The notes under the pieces are model-generated. The model was not told where the DNA came from. It did no database searches and saw only the letters and a list, made by a program, of their open reading frames with translations. A program made the position numbers and the translations under genes. Shown one piece after another: positions 28,011 through 42,399 of a stretch of DNA of 64,000 nt. Source of the stretch: Eledone cirrhosa (Eukaryota). Position 1 is the stretch's first letter; each line of letters begins with the position of its first letter. The stretch spans positions 195,114,001-195,178,000 of the forward strand of contig OZ024743.1 of the NCBI GenBank assembly GCA_964016885.1, written 5' to 3'.

Positions 28011-28518
28011 TGGTTGCGCGTAAGTGTGTGAGTGAGTATGTTTTTTTGTTTTTTTGTTTTTTTGTGAATGTGTCTGTTGATTTTTTGCATATAGTTGATT
28101 AGTTTAAGAGAAGTTCGAAGATAATAGTATGATATGCACTCAGTATTTTGAATCTGTCTGCAGAATTCTCTAGACCTTTGTCACTTAGTAGAACCTTAAT
28201 GATTTTAGCTTTTAAAGAAACTCCCTTTTCTTTAATTCCATCGACCATGACTGATCCCCCACTGATTTTATAGACATCTGTTAGCTTAAGAGAAACTTAA
28301 TGACAAGGAATGGTATGCCATCCGGAACCTGTTTATAGAATTCTGTCTGCCCTTGTTACTCTAAAAACAAAAATAAATAAAAATAAACTATAGCTTTGTA
28401 GAATTAGCTTTTAATGAATTCCCTTTTCTATCAACCAATGACCTGCACCCATCCCACTCCCCACCCTCTCCTACCACTTGTAGAGACCTATAAATACCAT
28501 TTTTATTTTTTGATACCC

Positions 28519-28569
28519 AGATTCCTGATGATTTCTAATGAATGAAACAGTTCTAGTCCTGTAGAATCT
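28519..28569 (+). ncRNA. Type I hammerhead ribozyme in a PLE pseudo-LTR
   Basis: agattc CTGATGA t ttc taat gaa t GAAA cag ttctagtc ctg TA gaatct, with triplet GUA. It is followed by about 85 nt of tail and then (TA)n. Confidence 0.8.
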
Positions 28570-28651
28570 CATCTATATTAAAACTGTTATACTCTGCTAT
28601 GTATTGAGTACCTTACTTACTGTGGTTACCTCCGATTCAACCCGGAATAAC

Positions 28652-28738
<87 letters not shown>

Positions 28739-28779
28739 TGTATGTGTGTGCCTGTGTTTGTATATATATATATATATAT

Positions 28780-29540
28780 AGTGAGAATACGACGGCAACA
28801 AGAACAGGGGGGTAGTTTTCCACATCAGTTATCTACTGAGGGTCTAAGATATTTCTACGCTTTAAAGACAAGATACCACTTCATCCCAGGGCGTAAATAA
28901 CTGGATAAGTTATTGGGAAAACGAAGGAAGAAGGGAAAGAAAGGAAATGGGAAGAAAAGAGAAACAGTACCAAAACATTAAAAAAAAACACAAACCGAGC
29001 AATGTGCGAGCAACTATAGGTAGGAAATCCAAGACCACTCGATAAAAGAACTTAAGTTCGAGACCAAGTAATCGAGAGAAAGAAGACACACGTCTGATGG
29101 CCGCAGCTGTAAGAGAGAAGAGAAATGCTAAACGGTCGGACGAGGAGGTGAAAGTGGGGTAGGAGTAGATAGGGAGAAAGAGATGGGAAGAAAGAGGGGT
29201 GAGAGCTCGATTATTCGGTCTCGAACTTAAGTTCTTTTATCGAGTGGTCTTGGATTTCCTACCTGCTCCCACATTGCTCAGTTTGTGTTGTTTTTGTTTG
29301 TGTTTTGGTATTGTTTCTCTTTTCTTCCCATTTTCTTTCCTTCCCTCCTTCCTTCGTTTTCCCAATAACTTATCCAGTTATTGACGCCCTGGGGTGAAGT
29401 GGTATCTTGTCTTTAAAGCGTAGAAATATCCTAGACCCCCCAGCAGACAACTGATGAGGAACGCCCCCTGTTCTTGCTTTCTTCGTATTCCCACTGCATT
29501 TTAAGTTACCTTAAATAGCAACTACACAGCCATTTCTATT
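28780..29540. mobile_element. Inverted pair of the 5375-family repeat (arms about 28780-29075 and 29205-29495)
   Basis: ctttaaagacaagataccacttcatcccagggcgtaaataactggataagttattgggaaaacgaagg is mirrored at 29352-29420. Both arms carry the stem-II-less HHR motif. Confidence 0.85.
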
Positions 29541-29811
29541 CTCCATATATTTCATCATTATATACAAGTATATATATATATATAAAGCGAAGTAATACCT
29601 GTTATGGTTGGAAGATCACTGATGAAGGACCACTTTATTCATATATATATATATATATACATATATAGAAACACAGGCACACACATATAGGCACGCACGC
29701 ACTTACACACAGACATACATATCCAGGTAGTTTTATCCACATACTCAAAAAGGTGCTTCTAAAAGGTCAGGTGGTTATAAGCAAAAGGAGAGCTTACTTT
29801 GTCCCTATTAA

Positions 29812-30020
29812 TAACTGTTTCTACTTTTGGCACAAGACCAGCAATTATCACAGTGTATTACTGGTACTTTATTTTATCGACTCCGTAAGGGTGAAAGGCA
29901 AAGTTAACCACAGTGGGATTTGAACTCAGACCATAAAGGGCCGCAACTCTTTGATGCTTTGCATCAAAGAGTTACGGCCCTTTATGTTCTGAGTTCAAAT
30001 CCCGCCGAGGTTAACTTTAA
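29812..30020. mobile_element. Nin/Deu SINE with a fold-back inverted partial copy
   Basis: ggatttgaactcagaccataaagggccgcaactctttgatgc-ttt-gcatcaaagagttacggccctttatgttctgagttcaaatccc. Confidence 0.85.
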
Positions 30021-30644
30021 TAACGTGTATAGGTTGCCGTTGATCAGTCTATCTAGCTATATATCAATCTACCTGCGATTCTGTTTATCTACTTATCTAT
30101 CTATCTATCTATCTATCTTTTTTATTTATCTATTTTTCTATCTATCTACTTTTCTATTTATCTATCTATTTATCTGTCTGTCTGTGCCATTGTCTGTCTG
30201 TCTGTCCGTTTGTTTATCTCTACGTCAAACGGCCCCACACTGAGAATCAGGCTAAGAGTATTTATGTCAATGGAATGATCATGCACATACACATTAATTT
30301 CATGAGCAGGGCATTCCGCTTTTTGGTTAATTGGAACACTCATCGTCGAAATTGACGGAGGTAAACTCATATATATGTTTGTGTGTGTGTGTATGTATAT
30401 GTATGTATACAATCACACGGACACACACACGCGCACACACACACACTTACTTATATATATACATATTTATGTGTCTGTTTGTGGGTGTGTATGAGAGAGG
30501 GAGAGGGAGAGAGGGAGATATAGAAAGAGAGAGAGAGAGAAGAAACAAAATTCAATACAGGAATAGTGCAATGTGTATCTTCCGACTCTGCAGCAGTGAC
30601 TCAGAGGCCAGGAAGTTCATAGCTAAGGGACGTCTTCAAACTGG

Positions 30645-30746
30645 TAATAATTGTTTCTACTTTTTGGCACAAGGCCAGCAAAAACAGTGCATTACTGGTA
30701 CTTTATTTTATCGACACCGTAAGGATGAAAGGCAAAGTTAACCTCA
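30645..30746 (-). mobile_element. Nin/Deu SINE 3' fragment
   Basis: gtttctactttttggcacaaggccagc...aaggatgaaaggcaaagttaacctc. Confidence 0.8.
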
Positions 30747-31423
30747 TAATAGTGGGAGGTAGTGCTGGCATAAAGGGAAAGCCAACATGGATAAGAAAAT
30801 CTAAAATTACAAATCAAAATAACACAGGATAGCGAGTGCAACAATTAAGTAAAAGAAAAAGATTAGAATAATTCACTCGTGTGTGCGTTCAGGCATAAAC
30901 ACACATACACACATATGCGGACACACATGGTGTTGCTATTTAGGGTTTTGACGATGGGACAATGAATGAGGCTTAGGTAAAGAGGTGTGAGACGGGAGGG
31001 TAGTAGTGGTAATGATGGTAGGGTAGGTCAGTATTTAGAAAAACAAGCAGATGAATTGGTGAATGATTAGGGTGTGGAGATAAAATAATAAGGGAGGTGT
31101 TGGTGATGATGGTGAGCGTGATAGTGAGCAGAGAGGACACTAACTGTGATATAAGGATCTGATACGATGGGTTGATGGGAGTGGTAGCTCTTTGTGAATG
31201 AAGGGAAATTAACCAGTAACCAAGAGGGATCGGGTAGGTAATAGTGGTGATAATGAGTGTTCCAGTGTGAAAGTGATGGGAGGCTCTAACAGGGATGGTT
31301 AAAAGGCTTTGTAAAATAAAATAGAGTCGTTTAATGTATGTATATATATGTAATAAATAAATATTTATCGTACAATCACTTAACCTTTCGCTCTACAAAA
31401 CAATTCAGCAATGGTGTTATAGA

Positions 31424-31666
31424 CACTGCCTCCGTCTCTCTAGTTCTCCTCATCTCTCACTATTATGAACAAATGAGGGCCCATGCGCTGGCCATCCCGC
31501 GGCCCCTGCAGACAAAATAAAAAAGGCGTTTCGTCGAAGGATGATGATAGAGACGCGTTGCAAGAGTCATTCAAACACGCGAGGCTCACACCTGCGGGTA
31601 GCCAACCCCGATGATAGCGAGCAGGGAGGTGGTACCAAGGCCAATGACAGCAGAAGACTCCATACA

Positions 31667-31668
<2 letters not shown>
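31424..31668 (+). repeat. Copy B of the 245-bp frame-conserved family
   Basis: Starts cactgcctccgtctctc. The frame reads PAAPADKIKKAFRRRMMIETRCKSHSNTRGSHLRV. Confidence 0.7.
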
Positions 31669-31726
<58 letters not shown>

Positions 31727-32012
31727 ATCAAAAGATGGTTAAATGAGTTCCAATGTTGATTTAAAACTGCACTATCCACAAGTGTTTTTAACCTTCATAT
31801 CATGTCCTCCTATTTTATCTGATGAAAACACAAATGTTATTGCATGATGATATTTGTTTTTGAAATGCGCATAATAAAATATATGGAACTCATTTAACCA
31901 TCATTTGATCTTATATATTATGTATTCTCCAGTCCTACAAACTGTAGAGTGCTTCTTATCCGATATCTGCATTGCTTTATTGTACTACAATAAAACTCAC
32001 CTCCTACATATA

Positions 32013-32744
<732 letters not shown>

Positions 32745-33028
32745 GTGCTTGTTTCAGGGTATAATATACTTGTATTGATTTTAAATTTAATTCGACAAAA
32801 TATGGAGGAAGGCAAAGTTGATCATATACGTGATTGATAATTTATTTTATCGATCTCTGAAAGATGGAAAGCAAACTTGACGTCGGTGGGATTTAGCCGA
32901 AACAAATGCTGCCATAGTATTTTCTCCAAAGCAAAAGTTCGGCTTCTCTGCTACGACGAGACGTTCCGCTACATATCCGGGGCCGGTTAATTGGGGTAGC
33001 TATGTTTAAACACACGTTCGGTATTTAA

Positions 33029-33269
33029 TCTGTAGTGGAGGCTTCTCGTGTTGTTGACCCTAGCACTTCCTCCAACATCGGCACGGAGATGGCTACCTGC
33101 AGATGTGATCTTCGCGATCTGGAATGGCTTATCCAGCGCGTCTCCCTCACCATCCTCCGGGTAAATTCTTTCTCTGCTCTTTCCACCGGGTCCGCGGGGC
33201 AGACAGACATGGGCTCCAATTTTCTGGTAATAGTGAGAGGGGTAGAGAATGAGAGAGACGGAGGCAGTG
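33029..33269 (-). repeat. Copy C of the 245-bp frame-conserved family
   Basis: The reverse complement starts cactgcctccgtctctc. The frame reads PADPVERAEKEFTRRMVRETRWISHSRSRRSHLQV. Confidence 0.7.
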
Positions 33270-35937
33270 AGTGAAAGAGAGAGAATATCAACACTTATTT
33301 ACTTATTTATTTACTAGTATTTAACTGTAAAAAGTTTTGCTCAATTAGACTGAATTCTGGACTTGACAATTAAGCATATCATTGAAAAAGTACCGAACGT
33401 TCATCTGATAACCATAGGACTGACATATTGGGATATATTTCCCAGAATAGTGTATAGGACGAAGGCGGATATTAATACTGTAGTAGTATGGATTTGTTTT
33501 TTCACAGCTACTGTTTTTTCTCTTACTGCCGTATGTACATTTAAAGGAAGAAGAGAAAACATTGACCCACGATAGTTGAATATAATTAAAAATTTTCTCC
33601 CAGCATCACATCTTGTCATTGGAGATTTGGTTGTCTCTAACTGTTATTTCTTTGATACTCAGAGAACATGAAAGTTAAGCAACCACCCATGTATCCAAAC
33701 TGTTGTATGTACACAAACTAATATTATTACCTTATATCCCAGTGCATGAAACAGAAAGTGAAATATACTGATTTTCTTAGGCGAAAGTAATCCGAGCAAA
33801 ACGTTTTATGTATGTTGTGTGTTCCCAAAGGACCCCTGTGACAATTTTCTTTGAACATTTATCGAAAGTCTCTGTAGACATCTAGTGTGGTCCAAAAGAG
33901 AACTGTATACGTGATGTTTTTATGGGGAGGTATTCATTTATGCCCACCCCTTTTATATTTCTCGTTTCTTGTGTTATCCGTCTACAGTCACTTTCCTTTC
34001 CGGTGAACATCACATTGGGAAGCTGACATCTGTGTAGTTGTGTTCCCGCTAGTGTTGTTTCTCTTATTATTGTTTCTTTCGTTGTTTTACTGTGTAGATT
34101 TTTATGTTCCACTTTTCCTCTGCCTGTCCTCGTCATGACATCTGGTGTCCTCAATCCATGAACTGCCGCTTTCCACTGGAAAATCAGAAGGAATGCATAC
34201 CCCTCGGGAATGAGCCTAAAGGGCGGTTACATTGATGCAGTTAGTGTCACTTTCTTTTCTCTGAAGCAATACCTTCTCGATTTTGTTCATGCGATGAACT
34301 GATATATACCGTGTATATTGTGTGGAATCTGTAGCAACCTACCCTTTCCCATTACTTTCGTTCTTTAGTTTTCCTTAATTGTTCCTGTTGTTGCTATTTT
34401 TGCGCTTTTTGTTATAGTGATTGTTGTGATGCTGCTAGATGTCTGTGATGGGAAAATATTTGGTCTCTCTTCTCCCGTTTCTTCGATATTTGTCAAGCGT
34501 ATTTTTGGGACTTGTGAATGTGCTGGCCGATTTTGACCATACGTTTAGACTCATCCTGTTATTCACCTTCTGCAACCCGCCTTCGCTTGGCTGCTACAAC
34601 ATAGATCTCAGTTGGGTGTTTTTCCTTCAAGATAGTTCACACTTATGTGTCTTTCAGCAAACTATTTAAATGATTCGGAATCGGTTTCAGGTTCTCTTCC
34701 CTGATCTGATGCGAGAACTCGACATCAAACTGTGATCAAATCTCGTGGGAGACAATCCTTCATGTAAAAGTTTTGCTGGGAGTTTAACTCTATTAGGATC
34801 AAGTCAGGTTTCCTTTAAATTTAGATAACTTGATGCAGTCTATCAACATTCAGGTAGTTTCTTGAAATAAGCAGGGATTGATTCGAGCCATAGAACAATT
34901 CATTGCTCTTGAATTAAATCCACTTCAACATCAGTACTTGTAGATCTGTTTGATATATTTTATTCTGTTTGATATTAGATGAAGAGTTGATGCCAGATTT
35001 GTGATATGACTGTATTTGTTGTGTGTCAATGTGTTGTGCATTTGGGGCAATTTCTTGTCCGGTTTCTCTGCATGTGTTTTGTTCATTTCTTCTGCTCTAT
35101 AGTTTGCTTTATGCGTGGGGAGTTCTGCTAACATTTCTCTTTAGTATTGGTTCACATACATTGTATATATGGTTGACTTTAATATGTTCATTATCTTTTC
35201 TGGATGATTATGTTTTGGGAAAGATGGGTTATATGGTACCGTTTTCATTTGTTTGAGGAATTATGTTGTGTATGTGAGTGAATGTTTTGTTTAATTTTCA
35301 ATGTGTATAATGCTTAAAGTTTGTATATTACGATTTTGAGGATATTTCTTTGTATATAATAAATCTCCCTGTGTTTTTTTTTATTGTGTGTGCTGTAATA
35401 TTTCTCAAATCTTTGTTCCTTTTCCTCCATACATTATATTTGCTTTTTATAAAGCTCGTGTGTTTTGGATACAATTTTGATGATGCATTTGTCTCTATCT
35501 TACTGAATCATCCATAATGTATCATAAATAAATAATTTAGCTGATATCATTTGCTTCATTTCGACAGAGGAAGAATGTAATGTCGACAGAACTGATTTAG
35601 TTTAACATTCTGTAGAATGAAATGTTCGCCTCAATCTAGAATATATCATTCAGCAATACAAGATAAATCAATCAATCGGAATAATGAGTACAAAACAAAA
35701 CGGATCGGTGAATGTGGATTGGAAGGAAATTTGTTTCGGTAATTGTTGGAGTTTGGTAGATATGCTAGCTTTGACAGTGTCGTAGATCGTGCTTCTTGTG
35801 ATGTGTTTCTGACGCAATTGTGAAAAGAACATAACAAGTGGACAAATAGTGGAGAAGACTATACGGTAATGAATGATATTTTGGTGGGTGTTGTTTCATT
35901 TTGTGGACATGACACGGATAGTTGAAAGCGTAGAAGA

Positions 35938-36123
35938 TAATAATTGTTTCTACTTTTGGCACAAGGCCAGCAATGACCCAGTACTGGTACTTTATTTTAT
36001 CGACCCCGTAAGGATGAAAGGCAAATTAACCTCGGCGGGATTTGAACTCAGAATGGCAAGGGCCGTAACTCTTTGCTACAAAGTATGGCGTCCGACCCTC
36101 TACCGATACTGCCATCCACCACA
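35938..36123 (-). mobile_element. Nin/Deu SINE
   Basis: Full-length match to the SINE pattern seen at 20190. Confidence 0.85.
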
Positions 36124-37739
36124 GTAAAGATCAGAAAAATAGTTGTCAGAACTCTGCAAAAATACAGAGAGGGCTGGGCAATCTTTGATTTGATCTGTGA
36201 TTTTGTGGACTCTTATATGTTTCCTCACTTGTACTTTAGTGCGTTTAGCTTCAGTAACTGATATTATATTTGGTAGAATATTTGCTCCATAGACAGTAGT
36301 GTTTTAGTATTTTGAAATATAGTTTTTTGTATTATTATCATTTTTTTCCGCTACGGTTCTTTTTGTTGCTATAGCCCAAAAATTACTTCAAACGCGACCA
36401 AGAGGCAGGCAAAGAAAACTGTGAAATCAAACATATGATTGGAAATACATCATAAAAATTGCAGATACAATGCATCTTTTCAAGATGAAACTGATGGCTG
36501 AGTTCAAAGAAATTATTAGAATGATATAGGTTTGAAGTTTTAAGACAGTGATGTAGCAATTTCAAATATTTTTAGCTCACATATTGAATAAAGATTTTTA
36601 AAATGTAGTTATATGTAAACAAAATATATAAAACCCTTTTAATCATTATAAAATATGTAGGAAATACGAAGAAAAAATAGAAAATTGCAAGCGAAGTATA
36701 AACTGAACTCTAGTAGAGACTAAAAACCATAAAAGTGATAAACTTTAATGTAATAAAGAGAACAAAGGGACATGTAGTTACTGTTTTATTCATGTGTTCG
36801 GAAAGTTCATTTTTTTTTAATGTCAACACACAATGAAACTATACTTTTAAATATATTTTTTTCACACGAAGGTCTAAATTTATATTTTGATCGTTACTTC
36901 AGAAATGAATCTATTAACGGTTCACTTGATATTTCGGAAATAAATCAATATTGAATATCGTCATTGCCGGGACAAATATTCGTCGTTTTGCATTTTAGTA
37001 ATGTTTGCATTGCCGGGGGTGTAGTGTCCATTTCAGATTCCAATTTACATATTCACAAGATAACCCAATTACATATTTCGGGGAGAATGAAACTTCACGT
37101 TAAAATCTGTAAATTATTAACAGAGGTAATGAAAACAGTACTAACGATGGGAGCATGCAGCTGAGCCATTAGTTTGGCGTTTTCATGGAAATAGTATAAG
37201 AATATTTGCTACCCACAGAAGGTTATTCTGCATTATGTAACGATTTTGAAAAGATTCAACTCCAAGAGAAATTTTATTGTTAACTTATCGTATAGGTCAT
37301 TATAAGGTATTTCGTGAATAATTATCAAATCTCTGTATCAACTGCTGCTTAAAATTATTTTACAAAATTATTTTTAATTTTAATGAAATTATTTAGAAGA
37401 AGAAGGAAAGCGAATATGACACTTGAATTTCTTTTCTCAGTCAAAGGTGCATAATAAGACTAAAACTGGCGGGATTCCAAATAATTAGTTTACTGAAGTA
37501 CAAGATATTTCTATTGATGAGGGGTGTCGATGGAAGGTACGTTGCGTGACGATACGATTACCCAGTCGTGAAACTGTCTGAAGAGTGCAAAGATTGTGAA
37601 TAGTGAGTCTAGAGGTATAAAAACGGGCAATTTAAGGTTGGTCCCTCAGTGATAAGGAGAAAAAGTACAAAAATTAACAAAAGTCCGTTTTTAACGAAAC
37701 ATACTTAGTAAGTAAATGCAATCTATTCTCCTCCACCAT

Positions 37740-37920
37740 AATGGTTAGCTTAAGGGTCGAACGCCATGCTTAGCAGCCTAGAGTCACGGCCCTTTACGGT
37801 CTGCGTTCAAATCCCGCCGAGGTTAACTTTGCCTTTCATCCTTATAGGGTCGATAAAATAAAGTACTAGTAATGCACTGGGATAATTGCTGGCCTTGTGC
37901 CAAAAGTAGAAACAATTATT
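37740..37920 (+). mobile_element. Nin/Deu SINE
   Basis: gcgttcaaatcccgccgaggttaactttgcctttcatccttatagggtcgataaaataaagtact...ggccttgtgccaaaagtagaaac. Confidence 0.85.
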
Positions 37921-38001
37921 AGTGACTGCAGTTTTACTTAGTGAAAACATTTTGCATAATCTCTCTTTTTATATATTTCTGTCTGTCTTTCTTTCTTTCC
38001 T

Positions 38002-38036
<35 letters not shown>

Positions 38037-38053
38037 CTCTCTCTTTCATTCTT

Positions 38054-38231
<178 letters not shown>

Positions 38232-38244
38232 TATATATATATAT

Positions 38245-38810
38245 TTAAGTATCGTGAGAGAGAAGAAAAGGAGGTTTAAAGAGATAAGCGATACATATAG
38301 TTATTTGGCAAAAGGTTGTGCATTTGTGCTCAATACTTGTGCCTACAGGGTTAAATATTGGAAGCCTTAATATTTAGGGGGCGATAAGATAAGCAGAGCG
38401 GTTACAAATGAAAGGATTACAAAGGAGAATATATACTGTCAGAACATGTTTATATAAAAGCACCTACGTACGTTTCGCCCGAAAAGGGCTTCTCAAGGGC
38501 ATAGAAAACTACAGAGTGTTCAGTACAGGACCCAGAATGGGTTTTAAAGTGATACATACATCAAAGTTCATTCTTAGTTGGAACATATGGTAAAGTTCCA
38601 TGAGGCAGAGCTCGCATTTCCTCTTGAAATTGTACGGTGCTGCCCTGCTGACAATTTCCCAGTGTGTGGAGAAGCTGATGTTGGAGGTTTTTAAGTTGTG
38701 ATGTAATTGGCGAGTGACGTGGTGTGTCTTAGTTTCTTGTTTCTAAAGCAACGTCACTCGTACAATTTCAAGAGGTAATGTGAGCTCTGTCTCATGGAAC
38801 TTTACCATTT
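38245..38810 (-). mobile_element. PLE 3' fragment with a Naiad/Chlamys-type GIY-YIG C-terminus and a short inverted copy
   Basis: The reverse complement of 38590-38742 reads NKKLRHTTSLANYI/HNLKTSNISFSTHWEIVSRAAPYNFKRKCELCLMELYH. 38759-38808 is an inverted copy. The 3' end abuts (TA)n. Confidence 0.7.
38460..38500 (-). ncRNA. Minimal hammerhead, C3U/G8A variant
   Basis: The reverse complement reads gccc TTGAGAA gccc ttttc gggc GAAA cgtacg TA gg(t)gc. Stem III is the palindrome ACGTACGT. Confidence 0.65.
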
Positions 38811-39095
38811 CATAAAAGCACCACTCGATCTCATCAACAGCAGAGCAGAATCGGTGATAAATTGCAGACACAGGATACAACAGTCTTTCTTCGGGTGGGA
38901 AGTGGCATAGACCTGAAAACCATAAACTGGGTTCCCCTGCACTAAACCTTAACACTACGGTTGGTAGGCTGCGCAAATAAACATCTATACACGAACTATG
39001 CATCTCAGACCCTGTCTGAATTGACAATAGTAAAATAGCACCCACAAATTAGTAATGGAAAACCACCATCATGTGAACGAGTAATATTCAAACAC

Positions 39096-39319
39096 CGGCA
39101 ATATTTGTAATCGTGATACGTAATAGAGAAGATATTTGTTATATTCATGAGGATTTGTGATAATCATGGCTGCACCAAGAAATATATACTAAAATCACAA
39201 CAAAAATCGAAATTAAGTAGATATATTGATTCAGTTGCAGCATACCTTAGCATTATAGTGCCAACACAAGTGTAGTATCATAATATATAGCAACCCAGTC
39301 TTGCTTGCAAATTAATTAT
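39096..39319 (+). repeat. 224-bp near-identical direct duplication of 46367-46590
   Basis: cggcaatatttgtaatcgtgatacg...gtcttgcttgcaaattaattat. I see only 2 substitutions. Confidence 0.9.
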
Positions 39320-39321
39320 CC

Positions 39322-39394
<73 letters not shown>

Positions 39395-39397
<3 letters not shown>

Positions 39398-39890
39398 ATA
39401 ATAATAAATTTTAAGACTAAAATCCAAAGAGGGCTCGATAAGGATAAATATATATCAAATATATAAGAACCGTAGAGCAAATATTTATTAAAGTTTAAGC
39501 AAAGAATCGCTGCTTTCACCCTTAACGGGATCTTCTGAAACTAACAAAGTCAATCTGTAAACGCAGAAGTGGATAATTAAAAAAACGTTGCAACCGGAGG
39601 AAGACAGGAAGACAATACATTGGTTCGTGGAAACGTTCCCTGGCAAAGAACGGTAAAAAACGAATATAATACGTCATTAATAGGAGCGGTGAAAAACAAT
39701 TACGCGCAAAGACAGAACCACGTTTATGGTATAAAAGAAGTCGTAGACTAATGTTCTCTTAGGTGGTTCATAAAGACGTTCTCTGGCGATGAACGGAAAA
39801 AACGAAGATAATACGTCATATGTGGAGCGTTGAGAACAATTGCACGCAAAGACGTAAATGGTAAAGCTGAAGTCGTAGACTAAAATACTA
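39395..39890 (-). mobile_element. Non-coding PLE-type repeat with an HHR; inverted sister copy at about 50895-51115; 3'-terminal fragments at 60705-60755 and 62772-62803
   Basis: Shared caaccggaggaagacaggaagac...gaaaaacaattacgcgcaaagac, and gactaaaatc..aagagggctcgataa termini next to (TA)n. An internal diverged tandem duplication spans 39621-39883. Confidence 0.7.
39492..39542 (-). ncRNA. Hammerhead-like fold with a U4A core (CAGAAGA)
   Basis: The reverse complement reads agttt CAGAAGA t ccc gttaa ggg t GAAA gca gcgattctt tgc TT aaact. Confidence 0.6.
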
Positions 39891-40139
39891 ACTAGGGAAC
39901 CGAATGAATCTCCGCTTCAGAGTAAGAATAAAGTAAATAAAATACAATACAGAGGTAATAGAAAATAAATAAATACATACACGCATGTAAATACGTACAT
40001 ACACAAGCATACGCGAAAACACTTGCCATAGGTATACAAAACCACACACACATATATATGTGTTTGTGTGTGTGTGTGTGTGTGTGCGTGTATACAAGTA
40101 AATAAATAATTAAATAAACGTATATAAATAAATAAATCC

Positions 40140-40252
<113 letters not shown>

Positions 40253-40349
40253 TGTGTGTGTGTGTATAAGATTTGTCGATCGATTTTCGTCAAATCGGAC
40301 CGAGGAAACAATGTTTCCGTTGGTCTTTTCAATTGCTAATACTATCTAT

Positions 40350-40460
40350 CGGTCGCAACTCCAGGTAGAAGGAGCAACGTGAAATAAAGTGTCTTGCTCA
40401 AGGATATAATGCATCGCCTGGTCCAGGAACCGAACTGATAATCTCACACTTGCGAATGAA

Positions 40461-40462
<2 letters not shown>
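40350..40462 (-). mobile_element. tRNA-derived SINE fragment of a second family
   Basis: gaaataaagtgtcttgctcaagga...ccaggaaccgaac; the reverse complement gives a box B-like motif followed by the tccttgagcaagacacttt motif. Confidence 0.55.
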
Positions 40463-40508
<46 letters not shown>

Positions 40509-40637
40509 ATATATATATAAACATATACACACACACACACATACACACATACACACATATATACATATATATATATATATATATTTCGTTTCTGAATTTG
40601 TTTAGCAAGATTCTTTATCTGAAATCGTGTGTTGAAA

Positions 40638-40925
<288 letters not shown>

Positions 40926-41298
40926 TGCGTATAGAATAAACAACACAGTATAATTATTCTATTAACAGATGTTTCAAGAAACTAGACGATACGATACTTA
41001 TATGTACGTCCAGCCGGTTCATCAGATGAAATAGTTATGCTTTGGATAAACTTTTGAAATTGATATCTATTAAAAATGAAAGTGAGGCTCAGTTAAAATA
41101 ACATCTTATAACAGAAAGCATATATATATATATACACCGATAAATATTCATACATACACACACATACATAGAACCACATGGGCGCATCTATACGTACATC
41201 TATATATATGCGCATCATAAATATATAAGCGCATCAACCACATATATACACTCATACACGCGCACACATACATCCACACAAAGAAGCACACACAAACA

Positions 41299-41370
<72 letters not shown>

Positions 41371-41723
41371 CATTCACATACACGGACGCTCATATACACA
41401 CAACATGCATACACATACATACAAACAAACACATATATACATAAAATATATACACACACACTCAAGATAATAAACACACACATACATACACGCGTGCACA
41501 TATGTATATATATATATATATATATATGTGCACGTGTGTATGTATGTGTGTATGTATATATATATATATGTGTGTCGGTGTAAAGATATATACACAAATA
41601 CAATATGGACCTATATATACACTTATTAGGCACACAGGCACGCATAATATACATAATTAAATGCATACATACATACAAATACACACACACACACATACAC
41701 ACACACATACACACACACACACG

Positions 41724-41784
<61 letters not shown>

Positions 41785-42166
41785 GATATGCCTGTATATG
41801 CCTAACGCATTTGCACTCTATATATGCTTGCATATGTGCTGCTAGTGACCTCGTTTTACGAGTAACTTTCTACCTTAATGCCTCTTTAATTATTATACTA
41901 TACTCTGTGCCTTTTTAATTTTTAATTTTTAATTTTAATTATTGTACAATTCTCTTGTAATCTATGTCGCATCCATTCCACTCTGTAAATACGAAATTGT
42001 TGTTGACAACATTAATATCCATGTATCTATATGATTGTTCAGTTGAATAGGAAGTTAATTATATGTACAAACATGTCTAGTGCTCCGATGATTCCAAACG
42101 AAAGTTTGGAAGAAATGATTGCCAGCAATAAAATGATTTGAACATAGCTTTGATTATTGTGTAATT

Positions 42167-42199
<33 letters not shown>

Positions 42200-42211
42200 T
42201 CGTGTGGTATA

Positions 42212-42399
<188 letters not shown>

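Noticed and set aside
26893-28102. Long ORFs of 300-370 aa (YIYI/VCVC) and the many similar ORFs across the window
   Set aside because: They are translations of (TA)n, (TG)n and (GA)n microsatellites that lack stop codons; they are not genes.
33880-35520. Strand-asymmetric (A-rich on minus) region suggesting a decayed retroelement
   Set aside because: No diagnostic protein motif could be read, so it is left unannotated.
40955-41030. Minus-strand CTGATGA...GAAACATCTGT motif
   Set aside because: Stem I and the base of stem II do not pair convincingly. It may be a decayed HHR but is unsupported.
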